This document shows, piece after piece, positions 32,503 through 42,554 of a stretch of DNA of 64,000 bases. The first letter of the stretch is position 1. Each line of letters opens with the position of its first letter. Under the pieces are notes generated by a model. That model saw only the letters and a list, made by a program, of their open reading frames with translations. It had not been told where the DNA came from and ran no database searches. The DNA comes from Deltaproteobacteria bacterium (GTDB lineage Bacteria; Myxococcota_A; UBA9160; SMWR01), in NCBI GenBank assembly GCA_032128375.1, contig JAQBGU010000181.1, positions 1-64,000 on the forward strand, given 5' to 3'. Made by a program: the position numbers and the translations under genes.

Positions 32503-33918
32503 ATGGATGCAAAGCAGGTTCTCGAATACGCGAAGAAAAACAAAGTGGTCATGGTCGACCTCCGGTTCACCGACTGGCCCGGTACGCAGCAGCACTGCAG
32601 CTACCCGATCAATCAGTTCGACGCAGGCACCTTCGTCGACGGAATGGGTTTCGACGGCTCATCGATTCGCGGCTGGCAGGTGATCAACGAGAGCGACATG
32701 CTGATGATCCCAGACCCCTCTACTGCATTCATCGATCCATTCCTAGCGCACCAGACGCTGGTGATGCTTTGCGACATCGTCGACCCGATTACCCGCGCGC
32801 GCTACTCGCGCGACCCGCGTTGGATCGCGACCAAGGCCGAGAACTACCTGAACCAGACCGGCTTCGGCGACACCTGCTACTTCGGACCCGAAGCCGAGTT
32901 CTTCGTGTTCAATTCCGCACGCTTCTCGACGGGCCCCAACGAAGGCTACTACCACCTCGATTCGATCGAGGGCAAGTGGAACTCGGGCCGCGAGGAGGAC
33001 GGCGGAAATCTCGGCAACAAGCTCCGCTACAAAGAGGGCTACTTCCCGCTCCCGCCGAATGACACCATGCAGGATCTGCGTACCGAAATGGTGCTGAAGA
33101 TGGAAGGGCTCGGCATCGAGGTCGAAGCGCACCACCACGAGGTCGCCACTGCCGGCCAGGCAGAAATCGACATGAAGTTCACCACTCTGGTGAAGATGGC
33201 CGACCAGCTGCTCAACTACAAATACATCGTCAAGAATGTCGCACGCAATGCCGGCATGTCGGCGACCTTCATGCCCAAGCCACTGTTCCAAGACAACGGT
33301 TCGGGGATGCACTGTCACCAGTCGATCTGGAAGGAGGGTACGCCGCTGTTTGCCGGTGATCTATACGGCGGATTCAGCGAACTGGGTCTTCACTACGTCG
33401 GCGGCATCTTGAAGCACTCGCGCGCGATCGCCGCCTTCAGCAACCCGACGACGAATTCCTATAAGCGTCTCGTGCCGGGTTACGAGGCTCCGGTCAATTT
33501 GGCCCTGTCGAGCCGCAATCGATCGGCTTCGTGCCGGATCCCGATGTACTCCGACAGCCCGAAGGCGAAGCGCGTCGAAGTCCGTTACCCGGACCCGTCG
33601 TGCAACCCGTACCTGACGTTCGCGGCCATGTTGATGGCCGGGCTCGACGGGATCGAGAACAAGATCGATCCGGGTGAACCGCTCGACAAGAACATCTACG
33701 CATTGACCGCGCAAGAGGCGAAGGGAATTCCGACCATGCCCGCCAGCCTGGATGAGTCGCTTTGCGAGCTCGAAGCCAATCACGACTTCCTGCTGAAGGG
33801 CGATGTGTTTACCCAAGACGCGATCGATACCTGGATTTCGTACAAGCGCGAAAACGATGTCGATGCGGTCCGGCTGCGACCGCACCCGCACGAGTTCGAG
33901 CTGTACTATGACGTCTAG
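32503..33918 (+). CDS. glnA: Glutamine synthetase type I
   Basis: [46 protein letters not shown], adenylylation loop DKNIY. Confidence 0.99.
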   Translation: MDAKQVLEYAKKNKVVMVDLRFTDWPGTQQHCSYPINQFDAGTFVDGMGFDGSSIRGWQVINESDMLMIPDPSTAFIDPFLAHQTLVMLCDIVDPITRARYSRDPRWIATKAENYLNQTGFGDTCYFGPEAEFFVFNSARFSTGPNEGYYHLDSIEGKWNSGREEDGGNLGNKLRYKEGYFPLPPNDTMQDLRTEMVLKMEGLGIEVEAHHHEVATAGQAEIDMKFTTLVKMADQLLNYKYIVKNVARNAGMSATFMPKPLFQDNGSGMHCHQSIWKEGTPLFAGDLYGGFSELGLHYVGGILKHSRAIAAFSNPTTNSYKRLVPGYEAPVNLALSSRNRSASCRIPMYSDSPKAKRVEVRYPDPSCNPYLTFAAMLMAGLDGIENKIDPGEPLDKNIYALTAQEAKGIPTMPASLDESLCELEANHDFLLKGDVFTQDAIDTWISYKRENDVDAVRLRPHPHEFELYYDV

Positions 33919-33973
33919 AAAATGACGTCTAGAAAATGACGTCTAGAAACGACATCTAGAAACGACATCTAGA
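33908..33973. repeat. Five tandem copies of the glnA stop-codon region
   Basis: ATGACGTCTAGAA(A) x3, then ACGACATCTAGA(A) x2; the first unit contains the last codons and TAG of glnA. Confidence 0.92.
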
Positions 33974-33981
33974 CCGGTGTG

Positions 33982-34022
33982 GAACGCGCGGCAGAGCGCT
34001 GGCTCTGCCGCGCACGTTCTTC
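33982..34022 (+). terminator. Hairpin/terminator between convergent glnA and dapB
   Basis: GCGCGGCAGAGC-GCTG-GCTCTGCCGCGC stem, then GTTCTT. Confidence 0.65.
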
Positions 34023-34080
34023 TGACATAGGTTCTCGGATATAGGTTCTTCTGACATAGGTTCTCGTGATAGGTTCTCGG
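34016..34080. repeat. Alternating 13-15 bp tandem repeat
   Basis: GTTCTTCTGACATAG / GTTCTCGGATATAG / GTTCTTCTGACATAG / GTTCTCGTGATAG / GTTCTCGG. Confidence 0.88.
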
Positions 34081-34149
34081 CCGTCGAAACAGACCCAAGA
34101 CGGCCGGGCGGCGAACTGGAAGCTCTTCTCCGCGACGCGTAGAACGCGG

Positions 34150-34947
34150 CTATTCGAGTTCCAGGACCTGGGTAATTCGATATAGGGCTGGGGGCCGGCC
34201 TATCAGCCAGATGGCAGCGCGCACGGCGCCCTTTGCGAAGTGGTCTCGCGTCGACGCGCGATGCGTGAGCTCGAGGCGCTCACCCTGGCCGATAAACATC
34301 ACGGTGTGTTCGCCGGCGATGTCGCCGCCGCGCAGTGTCTGGATACCGATCGCGCCATCGGGTCGGACGCCGGTATCGCCTGCGCGTTGTAGTACGACGT
34401 GTTCCGATAGCCGCTGGTCTCGACCCGTTGCCACTGCCTCACCCAGATGCAGTGCGGTTCCGCTGGGTGCGTCGCGTTTGGCGGCGTGGTGAACCTCGAA
34501 GATCTCGGCGTCATAGCTGGGGCCAAGCCGCCGGGCCGCTTCGCGCGTCAGCCACGCGAGCAGGTTCACGGAAGCAGAGAAGTTGGGCGCGTGCACGATC
34601 GGAATCTGCGTGGCGAACTGCGCGATCTGCGCGCTCTGCTCGTCTGAGAACCCCGTTGTGCCACACACGTAGGCAATTCCCATGTCAGCGGCCTCGCGCA
34701 TCACACGCAGCGTGGCGGCCGGAGTCGTAAAATCGAGCACGACCTCGCAGCCGCTGAGGCCCGACTCGAGATCATCGCTGACAGCGACGCCAGCACCCAC
34801 CCGATCGCCGATCGAGGGGTGCCCGGGCGCCTCGATGGCCCCACCGAGTCGGAGTCCCGGTTCGACTTCGATGGCCGCTCGAACCCGTTCACCCATGCGA
34901 CCCAGCGCGCCGACAACCGCGGCGGATGACACCGCCCCGTCGGTCAC
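34150..34947 (-). CDS. dapB: 4-hydroxy-tetrahydrodipicolinate reductase
   Basis: GA.GRMG, DFT, GTTG, E.HH..KRDAPSGTAL, RGGD..GEHTV. Confidence 0.97.
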   Translation of the reverse strand: MTDGAVSSAAVVGALGRMGERVRAAIEVEPGLRLGGAIEAPGHPSIGDRVGAGVAVSDDLESGLSGCEVVLDFTTPAATLRVMREAADMGIAYVCGTTGFSDEQSAQIAQFATQIPIVHAPNFSASVNLLAWLTREAARRLGPSYDAEIFEVHHAAKRDAPSGTALHLGEAVATGRDQRLSEHVVLQRAGDTGVRPDGAIGIQTLRGGDIAGEHTVMFIGQGERLELTHRASTRDHFAKGAVRAAIWLIGRPPALYRITQVLELE

Positions 34948-34990
34948 GATCTGCGCCCTCTTCGCAACTCTGTTCGCGTAACGGTGTCCC

Positions 34991-35863
34991 TCACAACAGT
35001 CCCAATTCCTTGAGCACGACCTGGAGGCGCCCGCGGTTGGCTTCGGTGATGTCGAGAAGCGGCAGACGGATCTCCCCGGAGATCAGACCCATCAGCGCCA
35101 GTGCCGCCTTGACCGGGATCGGATTCGTCTCGCAAAACAGCACGTCGAAAAGCGGCATCAACTTGTAGTGCAGTGCGCGCGCGCGCGGCATGTCGCCATC
35201 CAAACAGGCGCGAACGAGCTGCGTCATCTCGACCGGCGCGACATTGGCGCTCGTGGCGATCAAACCGTGTCCGCCGAGCGCAACCAGCGGCAGCGTCATG
35301 GCATCGTCACCCGACACGATCGCGAAACCATCCGGGCATTGGTCGATAACCTGGGCAATCTGACCGATGTCCCCGCAGGCCTCCTTCACGCCGACAACGT
35401 TGTCGATACCCGCCAGCCGAGCCATCGTTCCAGGCAGGATGTTCGAGCCGGTCCGACCGGGAATGTTGTAGACGACCAGCGGGAACCGGGTCTGTTCGGC
35501 GATCGCCTTGTAGTGTGCGTAGATTCCGTTCTGGGTGGGCTTGTTGTAGTAGGGCGAGATCAACAGCGCCCCGTCTGCACCAGCGTCTTTGGCGGCTTGG
35601 GTCAGATCGATGGCTTCTCGGGTGTTGTTGGAGCCGGTTCCGGCCAGCACCGCGACCCGCCCGCGCACCGCAGAGACGGTGATCTTGATGACGCGTGCGT
35701 GCTCCTGGTGGGACATCGTCGCGGATTCTCCGGTCGATCCGCACGGCACCAACGCATCCACACCCGCGTCGATTTGTCGTTCGATCAGAGCGCGCAGCGC
35801 TGCCTCATCGATTTCACCGTCGCGAAACGGCGTGATGATTGCAGTCGAAATTCCCTCGAACAC
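34991..35863 (-). CDS. dapA: 4-hydroxy-tetrahydrodipicolinate synthase
   Basis: CGSTGES, PYYNKP, YNIPGRTG, GVKEA, SGDD, ETNPIPVK. Confidence 0.97.
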   Translation of the reverse strand: MFEGISTAIITPFRDGEIDEAALRALIERQIDAGVDALVPCGSTGESATMSHQEHARVIKITVSAVRGRVAVLAGTGSNNTREAIDLTQAAKDAGADGALLISPYYNKPTQNGIYAHYKAIAEQTRFPLVVYNIPGRTGSNILPGTMARLAGIDNVVGVKEACGDIGQIAQVIDQCPDGFAIVSGDDAMTLPLVALGGHGLIATSANVAPVEMTQLVRACLDGDMPRARALHYKLMPLFDVLFCETNPIPVKAALALMGLISGEIRLPLLDITEANRGRLQVVLKELGLL

Positions 35864-35865
35864 GG

Positions 35866-36759
35866 CTACTCCCCCTCGGTTGCGGCGACAAGATCGGCGG
35901 CTGCTGGGTCGAGCGGGTAACTACCCGTGAAGACCTCGGCAGCGGGCCCGGTCATGAATACCGAGTCAGCTTCGCTTTCCCAGCGAAGCTCGAGTTCGCC
36001 GCCGCGCAATTCGATAACGACCGAGCGCTCGACCCGGTTCAACAACATGGATACCACCGCTACCGCGCAAGCACCGCTGCCACAAGCCAATGTCTCGCCC
36101 GTGCCGCGCTCCCAGGTTCTTTGGCGGATTCGGGATCGACCGATCGGTGTTGCGAACTCGACGTTGACGCGGTTTGGAAATGCGGCGTGGTTCTCGATCG
36201 CCGGCCCGAGCCTCTCGACTGGCGCAGTGTCCGGATCGTCGACGAACACGACCGCGTGCGGGTTGCCCATCGAAACGCACGAAACGCGAACCGTCTCGCC
36301 GTCTACTTCGAGTGGCACATCGAGTACCGGTGTGTCGTCATCTTCGCCTTCGATACGAAGACTCGTCGGGATTTTCGCGGGCACAAGCACCGGCAGACCC
36401 ATGTCGACGGTGATCTGTCCGGGGCCGGCCCAGGCCGGTCGCACAATGCCACTCAACGTCTCGACCGATATCTGCTGTGCGCTGGTGTGGCCGCGGTCAC
36501 GTAGGAATTGGTAGAACGCGCGGATGCCGTTTGCGCACATCTCGACTTGCGAACCGTCCGCATTGAAGATCTGCATCCGAAAATCTGCGGCTCGCGACGG
36601 CCGTACCACGAGCAGCTGGTCGGCCCCGATGCCGAAATGGCGATCGCACAGTTTCGACGCGAGCGGTTCGATCGGCGGCAGCTCGTTCGCAATGCCGTCG
36701 AGTACGACGAAGTCGTTTCCAGCCCCGTGCATCTTGGTGAACGTCAGTTGGCGGTTCAT
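35866..36759 (-). CDS. dapF: Diaminopimelate epimerase
   Basis: FTKMHGAGNDF, MCANG, GNPH, ERG.GETLACGSG. Confidence 0.97.
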   Translation of the reverse strand: MNRQLTFTKMHGAGNDFVVLDGIANELPPIEPLASKLCDRHFGIGADQLLVVRPSRAADFRMQIFNADGSQVEMCANGIRAFYQFLRDRGHTSAQQISVETLSGIVRPAWAGPGQITVDMGLPVLVPAKIPTSLRIEGEDDDTPVLDVPLEVDGETVRVSCVSMGNPHAVVFVDDPDTAPVERLGPAIENHAAFPNRVNVEFATPIGRSRIRQRTWERGTGETLACGSGACAVAVVSMLLNRVERSVVIELRGGELELRWESEADSVFMTGPAAEVFTGSYPLDPAAADLVAATEGE

Positions 36760-36835
36760 CCGGTGAACTCCTCGGGTATCGACTCGCTGCGGATCCGACG
36801 AGCTCGCCCGTGTCTTTGGTTAGAGATGCTTGCGC

Positions 36836-37018
36836 TCATGGCTGGTCGGGTTCGCGCTCCGACTCGTCGCGAGCCTCGTCTGCACCGGACGCTTCGGCCG
36901 TAGCCGGCGCCTCCGGTTCGTAGACACGAACCGGAGGCCCGTATTTCCCGCAGCCGAGCGCACCGCAAGCCAGCACGATCGACACAATCACCGCGTTCGC
37001 AACCGATCTCAGCCTCAT
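36836..37018 (-). CDS. Small lipoprotein, LptM/YifL/LppL-like
   Basis: Lipobox LGC followed by GKYGPP; position upstream of dapF as for yifL/lppL; ATGA overlap with argH. Confidence 0.68.
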   Translation of the reverse strand: MRLRSVANAVIVSIVLACGALGCGKYGPPVRVYEPEAPATAEASGADEARDESEREPDQP

Positions 37019-38658
37019 TGCGGGTCGGCTCCCTTGTCTTTTGAATGAGAGTCTTTTGAATGAGAGTCTTTTGAATCAGCGTCTTTTGAATCAGAGTTTT
37101 TCGAATCAGAGTCTCTCGAATGAGAGTTCCTTGGACGAAAGTCTTCGTGATGCAAACCTTCGCGGTATACGTCGATGCGATCCAATGCGCCCATGCGGCG
37201 GGCGGTGTCCGCTTCGGCCGCGCCGAGTGCCGCGAGAACCGTGTTTCGCGCGGTTCCTCCGATTCCGCTGCGAGCTTCGAGAGCCGCATCGAGAGTCGCG
37301 AGTTCGGCCGCTGACGCGTCGAAAGCTGGATGGAAGCCGCGCAGGTCGTCGACCGACAGCGAGCGCAGGTCGAGATCGCTTCTGACGCAATGCGCGACCG
37401 CGCGTCCGACCGCTTCGTGGGCGTCTCGAAATGGCACACCGAGCCGGACCAGCGCCTCCGCGAGATCCGTCGCGAGCAGCATCGAGTCCGTGGCTGCTTC
37501 GGCCATTGCGTGAACGTTGACGCGCAGTGTTGCGATCGCGCCGGTCGTTACTTCGAGTGCGTCACACAGCGTGGAAGCGCTGTCGAAAACGGGTTCCTTG
37601 TCCTCCTGCATATCTCGGTTGTAGGTCAGCGGCAGGCCTTTCATGACCGTCAGTAGCGCCACCAGGTTGCCAATCACGCGGCCCGTCTTGCCTCTGACAA
37701 TCTCCGGCACGTCCGGGTTCTTCTTCTGCGGCATCAGGCTCGAGCCCGTCGAGTACGCGTCGGACAGCTCGATGAAGCCGAACTCTGCGCTGGACCAGAT
37801 CACCAACTCCTCGGAAAGGCGCGATAAATGCACCATGCAGATCGCCGCGGAGGACAAGAACTCCAGCGCGAGGTCCCGAGATGCGACCGAGTCCATACTG
37901 TTGGCGGTTGGCTCGGCAAAGCCGAGCGCTCGCGCCGTGTACTCGCGATCGAGCGGCAGTGTCGAGCCCGCCATCGCGCCCGACCCCAACGGGCACTGTG
38001 TGATGCGCTCGCGCAGGTCGCTGAACCGCGCTGCATCCCGCCCCAGCATCTCGACGAATGCGAGCCAGTGATGGGCGAGTCGAACCGGCTGCGCGCGTTG
38101 CATGTGGGTGTAGCCCGGCAATACCGTATCGAGGTGCTCTGCTGCCCGATCAGTGAGCGCGCGACGCAGCTCGAAGATCCCCCGCTGTGCGGAAGCAGCC
38201 GTTTCTCGCAGGTACATCGCCAAATCCGTGGCGATCTGGTCGTTGCGACTGCGCCCCGTGTGCAAGCGTCCGGCGATTTCGGGCCCGATCAGATCGCGCA
38301 GACGCGATTCGATGTTCATGTGAATGTCTTCGAGCGCCGGATCGAACGAGAAGGTCCCCGTCTCGATATCACGGCCGATCTGTTCCAAACCCTCGACCAG
38401 CGCTTGCTCGTCGTCGTCTCCGATCAGGTCCACGTGGTGCAGCATCCGGGCGTGAGCGATGGAACCCCGCACATCGAAGCGCGCCAGCGCGCGATCAAAG
38501 TGAATCGAAGCGGTGAATCGTTCGACCGCAGAGTCGATTTTCTGCTCGAATCGCCCGCCCCACAGCTTGGCTGAGGGTCCGGCGCCTTTCGGGTCGGACT
38601 CTCTCTGGTCGAAGCTTTGGTCGGAGTCTTTTTGGTCAGACTCTCGTTTGTCAGACAT
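37015..38658 (-). CDS. argH: Argininosuccinate lyase with repeat-derived terminal extensions
   Basis: KLWGGRF, EDIH, HTGRSRNDQ, GSSLMPQKKNPD, YNRDMQEDKE; start set at ATG 38658. Confidence 0.97.
   Translation of the reverse strand: MSDKRESDQKDSDQSFDQRESDPKGAGPSAKLWGGRFEQKIDSAVERFTASIHFDRALARFDVRGSIAHARMLHHVDLIGDDDEQALVEGLEQIGRDIETGTFSFDPALEDIHMNIESRLRDLIGPEIAGRLHTGRSRNDQIATDLAMYLRETAASAQRGIFELRRALTDRAAEHLDTVLPGYTHMQRAQPVRLAHHWLAFVEMLGRDAARFSDLRERITQCPLGSGAMAGSTLPLDREYTARALGFAEPTANSMDSVASRDLALEFLSSAAICMVHLSRLSEELVIWSSAEFGFIELSDAYSTGSSLMPQKKNPDVPEIVRGKTGRVIGNLVALLTVMKGLPLTYNRDMQEDKEPVFDSASTLCDALEVTTGAIATLRVNVHAMAEAATDSMLLATDLAEALVRLGVPFRDAHEAVGRAVAHCVRSDLDLRSLSVDDLRGFHPAFDASAAELATLDAALEARSGIGGTARNTVLAALGAAEADTARRMGALDRIDVYREGLHHEDFRPRNSHSRDSDSKNSDSKDADSKDSHSKDSHSKDKGADPQ
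37036..37125. repeat. 15 bp x6 tandem repeat in the argH 3' end
   Basis: GTCTTTTGAATGAGA-type units, decaying towards 37155; encodes SHSKD/SDSKD pentapeptides. Confidence 0.92.
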
Positions 38659-38802
38659 GCCCCAAATCTCGGAGACTATTGGGTTTCTGGCAAGGGCCGG
38701 ATTGACGAACCCCACGCTGCTCCGTAGCGTGGAAAAGTTCTTCGCAAGTCGCCGATCCGAAGATCGCCGATCATGACCCCAGCCAGCTCCAGAAATCAAG
38801 AA

Positions 38803-38866
38803 GTCAGAATGTCAAAAAGTCAGAAAGTCAAAAAGGCAGAAGGTCGAACGGTCGAACGGTCGAAAG
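38803..38866. repeat. 8 bp x8 drifting tandem repeat
   Basis: GTCAGAAT GTCAAAAA GTCAGAAA GTCAAAAA GGCAGAAG GTCGAACG GTCGAACG GTCGAAAG. Confidence 0.9.
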
Positions 38867-38879
38867 GGAATCCAAACCC

Positions 38880-39995
38880 GTGATCATCGTACTGAAAGCC
38901 GACATCGCCGCAGACTCACCGGAGGTTCGACGAGTCATCGAACTTGCGGAGTCCTTTCCCGGCGTGACCACCGAGTTTCACCAGGTTCAGGGAGCGACGC
39001 GAACGCTGTCTGAACTCTATCTACTGGGCTCGACCGGGGTCATTCCCACCGATCCGTTCGCAGAGTTCGCCTGCGTCGAGAAGGTGGTCCGGATCACCGA
39101 GAAATTCCGTGCCATCGGTCGCCACGAAGACGGTCTGTTGGCCGTTGGGTTCGAGTACAAGGGGCTCCAGATCGGACAGGACAGCTTCCATCTGTTCCCC
39201 GGTTTGTGTGCCGTCGACACCGCCCAGAACGTAGAGACGATGTTCCGAGTGCTGGGTGAACTCGGTGTCCAGACGGCTCGCGCGGGAGTCTACAAGCCGA
39301 GAACGAGCCCGTATGACTTCCAGGGGCTCGGTGCCAAGTGTCTTCCGATGGTCTTCGAGCTGGCGGGAAAGTACGGCATTCGGATCGTCTCGATGGAAGT
39401 GACTCACGAATCCCAAATCGACGAGATTTTGGAAGCGCTCGAGAGCTCCGGTCAACCGACCGGTGTCATGATCCAGATCGGCACCCGCAACGCGCAGAAC
39501 TTCGAGCTGTTGAAAGCCGTGGGACAACAGTCGGAACTTCCGGTGCTGTTCAAACGCGGTATGGGGATCACACTCTCCGAGTCACTGAACGCGTGCGAGT
39601 ACGTCGCCTCGGGCGGAAATCGCAAGATCGTGTTCTGCTTGCGCGGAATGAAGACCAACCTGGGCGACCCCCACCGCAACTTCGTCGATTTTGCGCACGT
39701 TCCGGTTATCAAGCGACTGACGCGATTGCCGGTGTGTATCGATCCGTCACACTCGGTCGGCAGTCGCGCGATCGCGCCCGATGGACTCCTCGATGTCTTT
39801 CACGCCACCGCCCAAGGCGTCATTGCCGGCGCAAACATGGTCTTGGTCGACTTCCACCCAAACCCCGGCGAAGCGCTGTGTGATGGGCCTCAGGCGCTGC
39901 TGATGGATGAACTGCCGCTATTCATCGAAGACGCCATGATTGTCCGCGCGGCATACCAGGCCCGCTTGAACCGCATCGCAATCCCCCCGAACTGA
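38880..39995 (+). CDS. DAHP synthase, type I-beta, with N-terminal regulatory domain
   Basis: KPRTSPYDFQG, QIGTRNAQNFELL, PVLFKRG, DPSH, ALCDGPQ. Confidence 0.92.
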   Translation: MIIVLKADIAADSPEVRRVIELAESFPGVTTEFHQVQGATRTLSELYLLGSTGVIPTDPFAEFACVEKVVRITEKFRAIGRHEDGLLAVGFEYKGLQIGQDSFHLFPGLCAVDTAQNVETMFRVLGELGVQTARAGVYKPRTSPYDFQGLGAKCLPMVFELAGKYGIRIVSMEVTHESQIDEILEALESSGQPTGVMIQIGTRNAQNFELLKAVGQQSELPVLFKRGMGITLSESLNACEYVASGGNRKIVFCLRGMKTNLGDPHRNFVDFAHVPVIKRLTRLPVCIDPSHSVGSRAIAPDGLLDVFHATAQGVIAGANMVLVDFHPNPGEALCDGPQALLMDELPLFIEDAMIVRAAYQARLNRIAIPPN

Positions 39996-40054
39996 GGTCC
40001 CCAATCCCGGGCTCTCGATCGGTAAAGACCAGCAAACGCAGTCGAACTGGAAAG

Positions 40055-42442
40055 ATGACACGCCGTCGCTCTACTTCGAAGCGTCCGCCCGCCAAGCGCG
40101 GCCCCATGCGGGCTGTACGCAATCTGCTCGCCGCGATTGCGCTGCTTGCTTTTGGTACTGGCTTCGCTGTCGCAGCCTTCGTGGCGCGACTCGACCGGGT
40201 GGTCACTGAGCGATTCGAGGGTCAGCGATTCGAAGTTCCGTCCCGCGTCTTCTCCACGCCGTCGATCCTGTTCGCCGGGCTCGACGTGCGGCAGGTAAGT
40301 CTGCGAGACACCTTCGTGCGCCTCGGCTACCGCTCCGTCGAATCGAACCGGAAACCCGAGCAAGGCGAGTTTACCTGGGCGAGCGATCGGGTTCGAATTC
40401 ACTTGCGCCCTTTCGAGCACCCCAGTCGTCGGGAGCCGGCTCGAGACATCGAGTTGCGCGTTGCGGGCGGGGTGATCGATGAAATTCGCGAACTGCCGAG
40501 CGGCCGAACCGCAAGCGTCGTTCTACTCGAACCCGAGCAACTCGGCGCGTACTACGGTCCACATCAAGAACAGAGGGAACTCGTCCGGATCGACGAAGTG
40601 CCCAGCCACCTCATCGCGGCAATCGTCGCGGTCGAGGACCAGCGATTCGGGTCGCACCCGGGGATCGATGTCCGGCGCATTGTCGGTGCAATGCTCGCGA
40701 ATCTTCGAGCGGGCAAAATCCGCGAAGGGGGAAGCACCCTCACACAACAGCTGGTCAAGAATTTCTTTCTGACGCCAGAGCGAACCTTCGAACGCAAAGC
40801 GCGAGAAGCTCTGATGGCGCTGATCGTCGAGCTTCGATACGAAAAGTCCGAGATCCTCGAGGCCTACCTCAACGAAATCTATCTCGGCCAACGCGGTTCG
40901 ACCGAGATTCACGGTGTCGGTGAAGCGTCGCGGCGCTTCTTGGGTAAAGGGCCCGGCTCCCTGACGCTAGCGGACTCAGCGCTGATCGCGGCGCTGATCC
41001 AAAGCCCAAATGGAACTTCGCCGTATCGAAACCCCGAGGGGGCGGAGAAGCGACGAAACCTCGTGCTGGATCTGATGGTCGCACAAGGCCGCGTCGATCC
41101 CGAACTGGCGCGCGAGGCCGCCTCCGCTCCGCTGAATCTCGCAGCGATCACTCCCGATTCGGGAGACACGCGCTATTTCCTGGATTTGCTGCGCCGACAG
41201 CTCTCGGAAAGCTACGACGCGAAGGTGCTGACCACGCGGGGCCTGCAGATCTACTCAACACTCGAGGGGCGCACCCAACGGCTCGCCGGCGTCGCGTTGC
41301 GCGACGGAATCGCGAAGCTGGAACGCGATCACCCGACGCTCGCGGCCAACAGTGCGTCTTCGCCGCTGCAGGGCTGCATCATAGCCATGCGCCCACACAC
41401 CGGTGAGATCGTCGCGTTGGTCGGAGGTCGAGACTACCGCTTGTCGCAATTCGATCGGTGCACGCAAGCGCGTCGGCAGGCGGGGAGTGTGTTCAAGCCT
41501 TTCGTCTACATCGCTGCACTCGAACCTCGCAGCGGTGGCCCGAACATCACGCTGGGCTCTTTTCTGGACGATTCACCGTTCGAGGTCGAAACCACCAGCG
41601 GTCGGTGGAAACCTCGCAACTTCGACCACGAGTTCCACGGGCAGGTGACTGTCCGGGAGGCCATCGAACGCTCCCTCAATGTCGCCACCGCAAGGCTCGC
41701 TCAGCAAGTCGGTGTGGGTCGGGTGGCCGATGTCGCCCGTCGTCTCGGGATCGAAAGCAATCTGCCCCTCGTCCCGAGTCTGGCGCTTGGCGTCGCGGGG
41801 GTATCGCCGCTCGAGATCGCGCGAGCCTATTCGACGATCGCCAGCGGAGGAGTGCGCCCGCACGTGCAATCGATCGAGGACCTCGTCGATGCGCAAGGTC
41901 GTACTCTGGAACGTCGCGAACTCCGACTCGAACGCGCGATCGACGAAGGCACCGCGTATCTCGCCACATCGCTGCTCGAGGGGGTTGCAACCCGAGGGAC
42001 AGCCGCAGCAGTGAGATCGACCGGTCTTAGAGGCCACATCGCGGCCAAGACCGGTACGAGTGATGACGAGCGCGATTTATGGTTCGTCGGGTTCACGCCA
42101 GAGCTCGTCACAGTTGTTTGGCTCGGCTTCGATGAACCGCGAAGCGTAGGTTTGGTTAGCAGCCGCGCTGCGTTGCCCGTCTGGCGGAGCTTCATGACAG
42201 CACTGACGGGTGGTGAGATCCGCGGCGGGTTCACACGACCGTCTAGCGTGACCGAAGCGGACATCGATCCGCTCACCGGCGCGCTAGCGGTATGGGGTTG
42301 TCCCGACCGGAGGCGCGAATTCTTCCTCGAGGGGACACTGCCTACGGAGGTGTGCCCCAGTGGGGCAGTGGCTGGAAGACGCGAGTCAGGCTTACAAAGA
42401 ACACGCCGCAATTTTTTCGATTGGCTGCGCAATCATCAATGA
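40055..42442 (+). CDS. mrcB: Class A penicillin-binding protein (PBP1B-like)
   Basis: TM helix, UB2H-like region, glycosyltransferase motifs ED.RF..H.G and GGSTLTQQLVKN, transpeptidase motifs SVFK, SLN, KTG. Confidence 0.88.
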   Translation: MTRRRSTSKRPPAKRGPMRAVRNLLAAIALLAFGTGFAVAAFVARLDRVVTERFEGQRFEVPSRVFSTPSILFAGLDVRQVSLRDTFVRLGYRSVESNRKPEQGEFTWASDRVRIHLRPFEHPSRREPARDIELRVAGGVIDEIRELPSGRTASVVLLEPEQLGAYYGPHQEQRELVRIDEVPSHLIAAIVAVEDQRFGSHPGIDVRRIVGAMLANLRAGKIREGGSTLTQQLVKNFFLTPERTFERKAREALMALIVELRYEKSEILEAYLNEIYLGQRGSTEIHGVGEASRRFLGKGPGSLTLADSALIAALIQSPNGTSPYRNPEGAEKRRNLVLDLMVAQGRVDPELAREAASAPLNLAAITPDSGDTRYFLDLLRRQLSESYDAKVLTTRGLQIYSTLEGRTQRLAGVALRDGIAKLERDHPTLAANSASSPLQGCIIAMRPHTGEIVALVGGRDYRLSQFDRCTQARRQAGSVFKPFVYIAALEPRSGGPNITLGSFLDDSPFEVETTSGRWKPRNFDHEFHGQVTVREAIERSLNVATARLAQQVGVGRVADVARRLGIESNLPLVPSLALGVAGVSPLEIARAYSTIASGGVRPHVQSIEDLVDAQGRTLERRELRLERAIDEGTAYLATSLLEGVATRGTAAAVRSTGLRGHIAAKTGTSDDERDLWFVGFTPELVTVVWLGFDEPRSVGLVSSRAALPVWRSFMTALTGGEIRGGFTRPSSVTEADIDPLTGALAVWGCPDRRREFFLEGTLPTEVCPSGAVAGRRESGLQRTRRNFFDWLRNHQ

Positions 42443-42554
42443 CAATTGACGATTCGAGATGGACGATCAGCGAGCGTATCCAGTATCACTCATTTGAAGG
42501 ATGCGGCGGAGTTGTTCGCAGCGCAGCGAGCCGTATGATAATTTTCGGAGCCTT

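Noticed and set aside
33908..38866. Tandem arrays as possible CRISPR arrays
   Set aside because: Units are 8-15 bp and directly adjacent, with no unique spacers and no cas genes
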